Numbered from the stretch's first letter, positions 1 through 8,200 are shown. The stretch: DNA of 32,000 nt from Pyrodictium occultum (GCF_001462395.1 NZ_LNTB01000001.1:1200001-1232000); one strand, 5' to 3'. Translations and numbers: made by a program. Notes: a model not told the origin generated them from the sequence alone.

Positions 1-458
1 CAGCTTTGTCAGACGCCTTCTCGCTACTGCAAGGCGTTGGTAGAAGATCGCTCCTCATAGTCGACGAGTTCTGGCGGGTTAAGGAGAGCTATGTGGTCAG
101 GAAGATCGTGAGGGAGGGGAGGAGCAGCGGTATTAGCCTCATGCTGGTCTCCCAGCAGCCGGAGGATTTCGGCCCCGATGTATGGAGTAACTCAAGCAAC
201 TCGGTGGTGTTCGGCTCTCACGACGAAACATATCTCGAGAGCATTAAGAGGCTTAGCGGGATGGCCTCTCAGGATGTCTCCTTTATCCGCCGTCTAGGGG
301 TTGGAGAGGCGCTTGTGCAGTATCATGGCTCGCGGAGGGCTCTCCCGGTGAGAGTCCTCCAGGCACCGATAACAGTTAAGAATCCGGGTGTAGGCGGGAC
401 GGGCAGCTGGGGTAGGGTACGTTATGGGCAAGCGGCTGATAGTGCAGCGCAGAGGTAG
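1..458 (+). CDS. C-terminal fragment of a HerA/VirB4-like (DUF87/AAA_10-type) P-loop ATPase; the 5' end lies outside the window
   Basis: The frame is open from the window edge. It has a Walker-B-like LLIVDEFW followed by SLMLVSQQPEDF, a pattern typical of HerA/FtsK/VirB4-type ATPases. The last 35 nt overlap the rpl2 start. Confidence 0.5.
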   Translation, partial: ALSDAFSLLQGVGRRSLLIVDEFWRVKESYVVRKIVREGRSSGISLMLVSQQPEDFGPDVWSNSSNSVVFGSHDETYLESIKRLSGMASQDVSFIRRLGVGEALVQYHGSRRALPVRVLQAPITVKNPGVGGTGSWGRVRYGQAADSAAQR

Positions 459-1140
459 GGGGTCGCCGCTATATCGTAGCAGGCCCTGGCTCCATCCGGC
501 TCCAGCCAGGTATCCGCCACTCGTGCCGGTGACGCTCCGCGGTCGTGTAGTGGAGCTAGTGCATGATCCTGGCCGCTGGGTTCCTCTAGCTCATGTGGTT
601 CTTGAGAATGGCGAGGAGTTCTGGATACCCGCTGCTGAGGGCATGTATGTGGGCCAGATAATAGAGGTGGGCCCGGATGCCAAGCCCTCCAACGGCAACA
701 TCCTCCCTATTGGCAAGATACCGGAGGGCACTCAAGTATACAATATAGAGGTAAGGCCTGGTGATGGCGGGAAGCTGGCCCGCTCCTCCGGCGCTTACGG
801 CATCGTCCTCGGGCGTAGCGGTAATAAGACGATAGTCCAGCTGCCAAGCGGCAAGGTTAAGGAGATCCCTAATGACGCCAGGGCTACTGTAGGCATAGCT
901 GCTGGGGGCGGCCGCCCCGAGAAGCCGCTGCTCAAGGCTGGTGCAGCCTACTACAAGTGGAGCGCGAAGCCGCACGTATGGCCACGCGTACGCGGCGTGG
1001 CAATGAACGCTGTGGACCATCCCCATGGCGGCGGTAGCCACCAGAGCCCAAGCTTCCCAACCACCGTATCGAGGAACGCTCCTCCAGGCAGGAAGGTTGG
1101 CCACATAGCTGCACGCTCCACGGGCCGCAGGAAGGGGTAG
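424..1140 (+). CDS. rpl2: 50S ribosomal protein L2 (uL2)
   Basis: MGKRLIVQRRGRGSP N-terminus, the GG..AMNAVDHPHGGG motif and a basic C-terminus; 238 aa. Confidence 0.97.
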   Translation: MGKRLIVQRRGRGSPLYRSRPWLHPAPARYPPLVPVTLRGRVVELVHDPGRWVPLAHVVLENGEEFWIPAAEGMYVGQIIEVGPDAKPSNGNILPIGKIPEGTQVYNIEVRPGDGGKLARSSGAYGIVLGRSGNKTIVQLPSGKVKEIPNDARATVGIAAGGGRPEKPLLKAGAAYYKWSAKPHVWPRVRGVAMNAVDHPHGGGSHQSPSFPTTVSRNAPPGRKVGHIAARSTGRRKG

Positions 1141-1219
1141 CGTTAAACCCCCTGCACGCGGCCCTGAAGCCGGCCTGGGGTGGGTATGAGTGCAGGCTAG
1201 GCCGCAGCTCGACGAAGAG

Positions 1220-1654
1220 ATGAAAAAGTGGCTTGAAACGCTCCCGCCCGAGTGGCTTAAGTTCCGTTACCGCGGCTACACCTTAGAGCAGCTCCTCTCG
1301 ATGCCTATGGATACTTTCATAAAGCTGCTCCCCGCGAGGCAGAGGAGGAGCCTCCTACGAGGCCTTACCGACGCCCAGCGCAGGCTCCTATGGAAGATAC
1401 GGCGGGCCCGCCAGAAGATCTTGCAAGGCAAGAAGGTCGTGGTCAAGACGCACGTGAGGGATATGATAATACTGCCCGAGATGGTCGGCATGACCATAGC
1501 CGTCTACAACGGGAAGGAGTTCATCCCCGTGCGCATAACACCCGAGATGATAGGCCATTATCTCGGCGAGTTCAGCCCCACCTGCCGCCAGGTGCAGCAC
1601 GGCGAGCCGGGTCTAAAAGCTACGAGGAGCAGCCTCCACGTAGCCCTCAAGTAG
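1220..1654 (+). CDS. rps19: 30S ribosomal protein S19 (uS19)
   Basis: [18 protein letters not shown]...[27 protein letters not shown]...[12 protein letters not shown]. The ATG at 1220 fits the archaeal S19 N-terminus; the ORF is open from GTG 1190. Confidence 0.95.
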   Translation: MKKWLETLPPEWLKFRYRGYTLEQLLSMPMDTFIKLLPARQRRSLLRGLTDAQRRLLWKIRRARQKILQGKKVVVKTHVRDMIILPEMVGMTIAVYNGKEFIPVRITPEMIGHYLGEFSPTCRQVQHGEPGLKATRSSLHVALK

Positions 1655-1763
1655 CTCCTGGCGCCGTTTTCCCTACCCAGCAGACTTTCCCCTCCCTCCT
1701 CCCACGGTACTCCCGGCAGTCCCTGCATCCTACTCTCCGAGGCAAACAACTGGCGACAACGAG

Positions 1764-2453
1764 GTGCTGCAGCTTTTGGCATCCAAGAAGCCTATAAAGG
1801 CAGTGATGCGGGAGAGGTACAACGTAACCAGCTCTGGCTACGACGAGCTTTATAGGAATGAGCAGTACGAGAAGTACAGGCTCGCTATGCGCCTCCTAGA
1901 GCCCCGGGGAAAGGTTCTCGACGACGGCTGTGGCACAGCCCTCCTCCTAGAATACCTATACACTACCGGCATGCTGGGAGGACTCCTCTACTACATTTGT
2001 CTAGACCTATCTCCCGGGATGCTTCGGGTCGCTAGAAGGCGCATAGCGAGCCTGAACCTGGGCCACCTGGTTGAGTGCATTGAAGCTGACGCGGAGAACA
2101 TACCCCTACGCAGCAAGAGCATAGACTACACTTTCTCGTTCACTGTGGTAGATCTAGTCGAGGATAAAGCGAGAGCGTTGAAGGAAATGGACAGGGTGAC
2201 TAAACTCTATACTATAGTGACCAGTTTGAAGAAGGCCCACCAGTTTGCCAGGAAGATTCCGAAATACGGGCTCTACGCGGGAGAGACCTCGAAGGACTAT
2301 GTCTTCATACGTAAGAGCAGCCAGGGGCTCTGCCGGTTGATCCCTCATCACGGCTCTAGATGGTCAGCCTATCGGGCCCTCTTCACAGCCCCTCGGCAGT
2401 CTCCAAGCCTTACATCCAGATACTTCTTAACGGCGCTCTTGACCATATCGTAG
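1764..2453 (+). CDS. Class I SAM-dependent methyltransferase (Methyltransf_11-like)
   Basis: Motif I VLDDGCGTALLLEYL, a downstream LDLSPGML acidic loop and ADAENIPL. The start is uncertain: TTG 1776 lies 9 nt after ACGAGGTG, and ATG 1806 is also possible. The C-terminal ~35 aa look non-native and overlap the convergent gene. Confidence 0.75.
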   Translation: MLQLLASKKPIKAVMRERYNVTSSGYDELYRNEQYEKYRLAMRLLEPRGKVLDDGCGTALLLEYLYTTGMLGGLLYYICLDLSPGMLRVARRRIASLNLGHLVECIEADAENIPLRSKSIDYTFSFTVVDLVEDKARALKEMDRVTKLYTIVTSLKKAHQFARKIPKYGLYAGETSKDYVFIRKSSQGLCRLIPHHGSRWSAYRALFTAPRQSPSLTSRYFLTALLTIS

Positions 2454-2821
2454 ACCTTGGGGGAGAACTCCACGCGTATACGCCTTCCATCGCGCAGCAG
2501 CACCTCCAGAAGGCCCGGCGCCAGCGTGGCTTCACGCGGCCTTGGACGCGGCTTTAGAAGCTTATACCCCACGATATCACAGTAGCTTATAACAACCTCC
2601 TCACCGCCCCGGAGCCTCTCCCTCCTCTTACGGAGGGAGTATATAAATAGGTCGACACGCCTCTGCAGCCCCGTCCTGGGCCTTATACTTTCCCAATGCT
2701 CGCCGAGATAGATCAGCCTTAACGCGTCCCTGTCAAACACCATGTCGTAGTGAAGCACGTCGGGGCCGCGGCGCACCCAGACGCTATATATAACGTTTGG
2801 CTCCCTACTCCCTCCGGTCAA
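2369..2821 (-). CDS. Hypothetical protein (150 aa), no family recognised
   Basis: Coding-like composition. It is divergent from the MoxR gene across a 166-bp spacer with TATA-like elements. A TTG start is assumed; an internal ATG is possible. Confidence 0.45.
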   Translation of the reverse strand: MTGGSREPNVIYSVWVRRGPDVLHYDMVFDRDALRLIYLGEHWESIRPRTGLQRRVDLFIYSLRKRRERLRGGEEVVISYCDIVGYKLLKPRPRPREATLAPGLLEVLLRDGRRIRVEFSPKVYDMVKSAVKKYLDVRLGDCRGAVKRAR

Positions 2822-2987
2822 AGCACGGCCCCGTAGGGAGGGGCTGACCCCTAATTCTCCTCATAAAGCCTCGCAGCCCATCTATGTAGGACTCCCGTAA
2901 GCACCTATAAGACTAGAGCCAGCATCTCCATCGATAGGGAGCTTCAGGGAGCCCTCCCGGGGGACGCTTAGAGAAGGGTACACAGGT

Positions 2988-4004
2988 ATGAGCGGCCCGG
3001 AGACCAGTGGCTGGGATAACCAGGAAGCTGAAGCTACGGCCATAAGAGAGGTCCTACACGAGGCAGGTGAACAGGTAAGCGAGAGCATTGAGGAGAAGGT
3101 TGCGAGCATATACGCTGATGTCGTGGAGAAGCATAAGAGGAAGCCAGTGCGCGACGTAGACAAGATGACCGAGATACTCAAGAAAGAGTACAGACTACTC
3201 GTTGACAAGAAAACCGTGACGCTAACAGTGGCGGCCTTTCTCGCCGGCAGACCCGTGCTCTTCGAGGGGCCCCCAGGCACGGGTAAGACAGAGATAGGCG
3301 AGGCAATACTCTCCCTATGGGCTGGGAAGCCTGCACTAGTGATACCATGCAGCGAGAACTACGACGAGTACCGCGTCATAGGCGACTTCCACCCATTAAT
3401 GGCGCTGCGCTACGGCTTCAACGAGAAGAGCTTCATACCCCGGCCGCTGCTCGCCGCAATGATACTCGACACGGGGGTCCTCGTAGACGAGATAAGGAGG
3501 AGCAATGAGGAGTTCCAGAACTTGCTGTTAGACGTTATAGATAAGCGTCGTATAATAGTCCCAGAGCTGCGCCGCGTCTTCCGCGCCAAGGGAGAGGGCT
3601 TCCAGGTAATCTTCACCAGTAATCCCGAGGACTATGCGCAGGGAGAGCTAAGCGACGCCTTCCTAAGAAGAGTGGTGCGCATACCCTTCAACTACCCCCC
3701 ACCGGAGCTCGAGGCTAAAATAGTAAGGCTAAGGTATGACGCCGATGCTGAACTCGACTCCGGGCTACTGAAGTCGATGATAGAGGTGGTTAACCTGCTG
3801 CGGCAGAAGGCAGCCTATAAGCCCGGGCCAGCCGACACCGTGCTCTGGGCCCGCATAGCCGGCAGGCTGGCAGCCCTCCGGGGCAGGAGGCAGGCAGCTG
3901 TAAGAGACGTTGTCGAAGCGGCCACCATAGTCCTCTACAAGAGGGTTAACGAGGAGGAGATAGTTGACGAGGTCCTCGAGAAGGTATTCGGGCTGCGGCC
4001 CTAG
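2988..4004 (+). CDS. MoxR-family AAA+ ATPase (CoxD/RavA-like)
   Basis: Walker A LFEGPPGTGKTE, Walker B GVLVDEIRR followed by EEFQNLLLDVIDKRRI (MoxR-typical), and FLRRV in the sensor-2 region; 338 aa. Confidence 0.85.
   Translation: MSGPETSGWDNQEAEATAIREVLHEAGEQVSESIEEKVASIYADVVEKHKRKPVRDVDKMTEILKKEYRLLVDKKTVTLTVAAFLAGRPVLFEGPPGTGKTEIGEAILSLWAGKPALVIPCSENYDEYRVIGDFHPLMALRYGFNEKSFIPRPLLAAMILDTGVLVDEIRRSNEEFQNLLLDVIDKRRIIVPELRRVFRAKGEGFQVIFTSNPEDYAQGELSDAFLRRVVRIPFNYPPPELEAKIVRLRYDADAELDSGLLKSMIEVVNLLRQKAAYKPGPADTVLWARIAGRLAALRGRRQAAVRDVVEAATIVLYKRVNEEEIVDEVLEKVFGLRP
3942..3954 (+). promoter_or_regulatory. Copy 1 of the AGGGTTAACGAGG motif, immediately upstream of the VWA start
   Basis: Exact 13-mer shared with 13982-13994 and 17099-17111. 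It contains the SD core and ends 9 nt before TTG 3964. Confidence 0.5.
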
Positions 4005-5979
4005 GGACGGGCTCCAGGATCCCCGCGAGCTAGCGCTACGTGTAGCAGTCGAGGCGAGGAGAAAGGGACTACGCATATCTACAGCCGAGATCGTGGAGGC
4101 CTCGAGGCTCCTAGCCCTCTACACCGCGGTAGCCGGCTTCAAGCCTCAGTCCCCGGAGGAGATAGCCTTCGTACTAGCCTCCGTCTATGCTAAGCGGGCG
4201 GGCGAGGAGAGGATAGTGAGAGAGGCTGTGGAGGAGCTGTTCGGCCGCCGCCAGGCCGGGAACCCTGCAAGGAGGATAGAGGAGGAGATAGAGAGGGACC
4301 TCCAGAGCCTGGGCCTCTACTATGGCGCCAAGCTGCGCCGTAGGGACTACGCGTCCAGCAGCCGGGCCCGAAGCGCCTATGCCAGGCTCCGCCTCCTGGG
4401 CATAATACGTAAAGGCCGCAAGGGAGAGTATGTAGTCAGCAGCAGCCAGGCCCGCCGCATGATCGATAGCCTCGCGCGGCGCTACGGGGGCTACCGGGAG
4501 GCAGTGAGGGACGCCATAAAACAAGGCATTAAACGCAACGGCAGCCTCATAGCTACAATGGGTGTTGATGTACTCAACTATATAGATCTTCGCGATTTCA
4601 GCGTAGATGAGCTGGTGAAGCTATACCGCTACGCGGGCAGAGACAAACAGCTTAGGCGCATCGTGTCCAGGCTAATAGCAGACAAGGTAGGCCGGGGAGA
4701 GCACTATACGAGCGCTGAAAGCGTCTACGAGATACTCCGTAGAGAAGGAGTACTGAGCCAGCACCACCTGCGAAATATACTCGAGCGAAACCCCCGCCTT
4801 GCCGAAAAGGCTGCCAGGGACTTCGGGAGAGAGGCGCTTCTCGACATAGCAGCAGAGATGGCTAGGCACGACCGGGAGGGGGCGGTAGAGGTAGCCCTAC
4901 GCGCGCTGGGCGCCCGCTCCTCCAGGCGGGGTGCACTGTCCGAGATCCTCGAGAGAAACGAGCCAGGACTTCTCAGCAGCATAGGCGAAGCCCCCGACGA
5001 GGTGCTGGATACCCTTAACACCGTGGCTACCGCGAAGAGCTACCTTCTGAAAGGCCTCTCCGACCCAACGGGCGCAGCTCTCGAGTATGCCGAGTACGAG
5101 CTTGGCAGGGCGGTGGCGAGATGGGAGGAGATAAGGAAGAATTACCATGGAAGAATAGTGGACATCATAGAATCGGAGATGCTCCAGCTCCGCCAGCTGC
5201 TGGAGGCGGCCAGGCGTGGAGACGCGTACACCATCCTAAAAGGCATGGTCAGGCATATGGACGCCTTTGGGGCGTTGAAGCTTCTCCACGAAGTGTACAG
5301 TAGCACGGGAGACGGGAGGCTGAGAAACTACGCACTAATGCTCATGAAGAAGCTCTGGAGAGAGGCCCGAGCCCGCTACGGGCTAAGGCCATCTCGGAGG
5401 ACGAGGTTCAGCCCCGTGCAGGGCAGACTCCACGTACGCAGGACGCTCGCAAACCTGGTGAGGCTGAACCCCAGCCCCCTGGTGCGCAGGGCCAAGTATG
5501 CTCTGAGGCAGTATGTGGTAGTGGTGGACAAAAGCGGTAGTATGAAGCCCTACGCGGTCTATGCGGTGCTTGTAGCGTCCTCCCTGGCGGCAAGTATAAG
5601 GCGGCTAGTGGTATTCGACGAGAACGTAACGGTCTACAATAATCTTAGCCGCTTATACCCGCTGCGCGTGGTCGACCTGATATTCTCAACAAAGTTCTCC
5701 GGCTACACCGACATAGTGTCGGCTCTACAGCAGGCAGCAGCCGGCCTGAACCCCGGTCACCTGGTGCTTGTAAGCGATCTCCGGCAGACAGTGGCGGCCT
5801 CTGCACGCGTAGAAGAGGTTCTTGAGGGCCTCTGGCGCCGCGGCTGGTGGATCACAATAGTACTCCCGCCGCGGTACGACGTGGAAGTGGCGCAGCGTAT
5901 ACAGAGCTATGCCCGCCTACACGTGGTGCGCTCGGCAGAGGATGTGGCTAGGGTTATGATGAGAATAGTCCGCGCTTAG
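3964..5979 (+). CDS. VWA-domain protein, CoxE-like, with a large unassigned helical insert
   Basis: C-terminal VWA domain with MIDAS VVVVDKSGSM (DxSxS), GYTDI and LVSDL. It has a CoxE-like N-terminus (RRKGLRISTAEIVEASRLLAL) and an LHVRRTLANL segment before the VWA. TTG 3964 is supported by GAGGAGG 5 nt upstream and overlaps the MoxR gene by 41 nt. Confidence 0.8.
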   Translation: MTRSSRRYSGCGPRDGLQDPRELALRVAVEARRKGLRISTAEIVEASRLLALYTAVAGFKPQSPEEIAFVLASVYAKRAGEERIVREAVEELFGRRQAGNPARRIEEEIERDLQSLGLYYGAKLRRRDYASSSRARSAYARLRLLGIIRKGRKGEYVVSSSQARRMIDSLARRYGGYREAVRDAIKQGIKRNGSLIATMGVDVLNYIDLRDFSVDELVKLYRYAGRDKQLRRIVSRLIADKVGRGEHYTSAESVYEILRREGVLSQHHLRNILERNPRLAEKAARDFGREALLDIAAEMARHDREGAVEVALRALGARSSRRGALSEILERNEPGLLSSIGEAPDEVLDTLNTVATAKSYLLKGLSDPTGAALEYAEYELGRAVARWEEIRKNYHGRIVDIIESEMLQLRQLLEAARRGDAYTILKGMVRHMDAFGALKLLHEVYSSTGDGRLRNYALMLMKKLWREARARYGLRPSRRTRFSPVQGRLHVRRTLANLVRLNPSPLVRRAKYALRQYVVVVDKSGSMKPYAVYAVLVASSLAASIRRLVVFDENVTVYNNLSRLYPLRVVDLIFSTKFSGYTDIVSALQQAAAGLNPGHLVLVSDLRQTVAASARVEEVLEGLWRRGWWITIVLPPRYDVEVAQRIQSYARLHVVRSAEDVARVMMRIVRA

Positions 5980-5982
5980 CCT

Positions 5983-6261
5983 TCACTCCGAGGACGCGTC
6001 TACACCATACACCTTTACCCCGAAAAGGAGGCCGCCATGCCTAGCCTTTGCCTCCTCGAGAAGCCTACGCGCCTCTTCTACAGCCTTACCGAGATCACCC
6101 TCTCCAACCTCTATCTCAGCGTAGTATAGCTCCGGCACAACTCTCGAGGCCGACATCCTCACCGGGTAACCCAGGCCCTCTAGACCCTTGACCACATCTC
6201 TCGCCACATCTTCGTAGTAGGTGTTGAAGAACACCCTGACGAGCCGCTTCTTCCTGCCCAA
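5983..6261 (-). CDS. Hypothetical small protein (92 aa)
   Basis: Lies 2 nt downstream of the CxxCxxCC gene on the same strand, so it looks like an operon partner. Coding-like and Glu/Arg/Val-rich. TTG start; no family recognised. Confidence 0.4.
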   Translation of the reverse strand: MGRKKRLVRVFFNTYYEDVARDVVKGLEGLGYPVRMSASRVVPELYYAEIEVGEGDLGKAVEEARRLLEEAKARHGGLLFGVKVYGVDASSE

Positions 6262-6263
6262 GC

Positions 6264-6839
6264 CTACTCGAACCTCGCCATGTAGTCGTCCATGTCTACA
6301 ACGCTCTTGCAGTCCTCTAGCTTATTAACGTTTACCGGCCTCAGCCTATGCGCCTTTGTGAAGGAGGCTATTGTGAGGAACTCTATGAAAGCCTTCTTGG
6401 CAGCTTCGAACTCGGATGGGAATACGCGGGGTATATCATTTGGGCGTGCGGCAAGCCTCTCCATGAGCTGGGGGCCCTGCTTCTTAACCCAGTCGCATTT
6501 CCCAGATACGAGGAGGTTGCCGGAGGGCATCTCCAGCAATATCGGGTACATCTTGCATGCAAGAGGCTTGTCCTCGTGTATTCTGCACCTCTTAGTGGCC
6601 CGGTCAAAGAAGGGGCAGAATCCCCTTATCACCCACCTGTAGAGGGCGACAGCGCAGTTACCCTCATCATCCATGTAGACTTGGAGCGGCTTGAAGCTGA
6701 GCTTGGCGCCCAGCACCGAGGCTATCTCCTCAAGCCTCCTCTTCTCCCAGGGGTACACTACAGGCATCTCATACTCCTCGGAGAAGTAGCAGCAGTGCTC
6801 GCAGAAGAGACACTTGAATACAGGCAGCCCGCGGGCCAT
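6264..6839 (-). CDS. YkgJ/UPF0153-type CxxCxxCC cysteine-cluster (putative Zn/Fe-binding) protein
   Basis: N-terminal FKCLFCEHCC (CxxCxxCC) plus later conserved Cys residues (FCPFF, KRCRIH, LACKMYP). A TAAAATA element lies ~45 nt upstream on the minus strand (plus-strand 6884-6892). Confidence 0.7.
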   Translation of the reverse strand: MARGLPVFKCLFCEHCCYFSEEYEMPVVYPWEKRRLEEIASVLGAKLSFKPLQVYMDDEGNCAVALYRWVIRGFCPFFDRATKRCRIHEDKPLACKMYPILLEMPSGNLLVSGKCDWVKKQGPQLMERLAARPNDIPRVFPSEFEAAKKAFIEFLTIASFTKAHRLRPVNVNKLEDCKSVVDMDDYMARFE

Positions 6840-6912
6840 GCTGCCCAGGCACCCTGGGCTAAACCGGGCTTCAGCTGCTCCAGTATTTTACCAGGACCGC
6901 TGGACCATCGCC

Positions 6913-6980
6913 GGGCAGTGATGAGGGGTGCAAACGCCTAGCCGCCCGAGGGCAGTGACGAGCTGAACCCGTCTGAGCCC
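6913..6980 (+). ncRNA. Candidate C/D-box sRNA
   Basis: C box GTGATGA at 6918-6924, C'-like GTGACGA at 6955-6961 and D box CTGA at 6973-6976. The flanks GGGC (6913-6916) and GCCC (6977-6980) can form a terminal stem. C-to-D spans 59 nt. The D' box is degenerate and the C-to-D' spacing is longer than the usual 12 nt. Confidence 0.3.
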
Positions 6981-7271
6981 CCAGAGCCGCTGGCGGGCCT
7001 CGGTAGAAGGGGTCTACTCAGCACGGCTTGTCCGCTCAGCACTCGGCAAACACGTCACCGGCCCCAGGGGCCTATACGCTGTAGCGAAGCAGTAATGTAC
7101 CTAAGCCGGGCCCAGGTGAGCCACCACGGGTATGCTGCATGGGCGGTAGGCAGAGGACCAGCCTCTTCATGTCCAAGGAGGAGTCCACAGCCAAGAAGAG
7201 CAAGCAGCAGCGCCGCGCAGGCAAGCGCGAGCGTTGACCCGCCAGTATCGAATCCCTGGAGCCTATGCCGG

Positions 7272-7277
7272 TTTTTT
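7272..7277 (+). terminator. T6 tract, an archaeal-type terminator for a + strand transcript
   Basis: ccggTTTTTTagc sits at the end of a ~430-bp stretch with no credible ORF, 50 nt before the SPOUT gene ATG. Confidence 0.35.
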
Positions 7278-7326
7278 AGCGGTGTCCCGCGGGAGGGCTT
7301 AGATCGGCCAGAGGATAGGTAAAGGG

Positions 7327-8178
7327 ATGGCTGCCCTGCCTGCTCCTCCCCGCAGGCTAGAACTCGTGGCCGCGGTTCCAGCCTCCTACCTTTCCACAGA
7401 GCATACCCTCCTCCTCAAGACGGTGAAAGCAGGGATACTAGCTAGGCTGCTAGCCGTGTTCCGCGTCACCAGGCTCATCATATACGTGGACAGGGCAGGG
7501 GTTGAAAGAGACGCGGAGCTGCTAAGAGAGATACTGGAGTACATAGCGACAGCACCTTATCTCCGGAAGCTCCTATACCCGCTCAAACCAGAGCTACGGT
7601 ATGCGGGCGTCCTTCCTCCCCTCCAGCTGCCCACCCACGGGGTTGGAGGCCCCCGTGCTGGTGAGGTGCGCGAGGCGCTCGTGATACGCGATCTCGGCGA
7701 CGCAGTGGTGCTCGAGGCAGGCCTCGGGAGGCCGGTTAGGTGCAGAAAGCCTGGCCGCCTCCACAGCAGGAGAGTGCTGGTGGAGATCATCTCATTGGAG
7801 CCGCCCCGGATCCGCATCCTCCAGCCGGGGGAGGAGAGGGTCTACACGGGGTTCACAGTGAAGCTGGCCAGGGGGCTCCGAGGCGCGCTGGAGGCCACCC
7901 GGGGACTCCTGCGGATTGCTACAAGTAGGCTGGGGGAAGCCGTGACTCCTGAGAAGCTGAGGCGCGACTCCCTGGAGGCTCGGGCCCGGGGAGGGGTGGC
8001 GGTTCTCCTAGGGGCGCCCGACGCGGGACTTCACGAGATGGCGAGGCGGGAGGGCATGGTGCTGGAGGAGTCGGTGGATAGGATATACAACACGGTGCCG
8101 CTTCAGGGAACCCGTACGGTACGCGTCGAGGAGGCGCTCGCCGCCACCCTATCCATACTGAACCTCTTCCTGGAGTAG
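7327..8178 (+). CDS. SPOUT-superfamily putative RNA methyltransferase (DUF171 / COG2106 family)
   Basis: ILARLLAVFRVTRLIIYVD...ILEYIATAPYLRKLLYPLKPELRYAGVLPPLQLPTH matches the DUF171 signature. It occupies the conserved position directly upstream of rpl3. Confidence 0.75.
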   Translation: MAALPAPPRRLELVAAVPASYLSTEHTLLLKTVKAGILARLLAVFRVTRLIIYVDRAGVERDAELLREILEYIATAPYLRKLLYPLKPELRYAGVLPPLQLPTHGVGGPRAGEVREALVIRDLGDAVVLEAGLGRPVRCRKPGRLHSRRVLVEIISLEPPRIRILQPGEERVYTGFTVKLARGLRGALEATRGLLRIATSRLGEAVTPEKLRRDSLEARARGGVAVLLGAPDAGLHEMARREGMVLEESVDRIYNTVPLQGTRTVRVEEALAATLSILNLFLE

Positions 8179-8200
8179 ATCTAGCCAACGCGGGCTTAGG

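Noticed and set aside
586-1104. Long antisense or off-frame ORFs inside well-identified genes. Examples: 586-1104(-), 13063-13602(-), 13230-13784(-), 14512-15168(-), 17182-17655(-), 17669-18172(-), 25036-25647(-), 25638-26123(-), 6348-6941(+).
   Set aside because: They overlap strongly conserved ribosomal or housekeeping CDSs. Their composition is Arg/Pro/Gly/Ala-rich and low-complexity, with no recognisable motifs. This is the expected artefact of stop-codon-poor, high-GC DNA.
7100-7160. Possible SRP RNA (GCCGGGCCCAGG...CGGTAGGCAG resembles archaeal helix 5/8 flanks) or RNase P RNA (GGAGGAGTCC at ~7172 resembles CR-I; CCCGGCTTAGG on the minus strand at ~7100 resembles CR-V).
   Set aside because: The invariant SRP helix-8 GNAR tetraloop and AGCA loop are absent. 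The RNase P-like pieces are on opposite strands, in the wrong order, and lack the other conserved regions. I found no terminal 5'/3' pairing.
7095-7322. 75-aa ORF upstream of the SPOUT gene.
   Set aside because: It is Ser/Ala/Pro/Arg low-complexity, crosses a T6 terminator-like tract, and has no SD or start context. The region was treated as noncoding.
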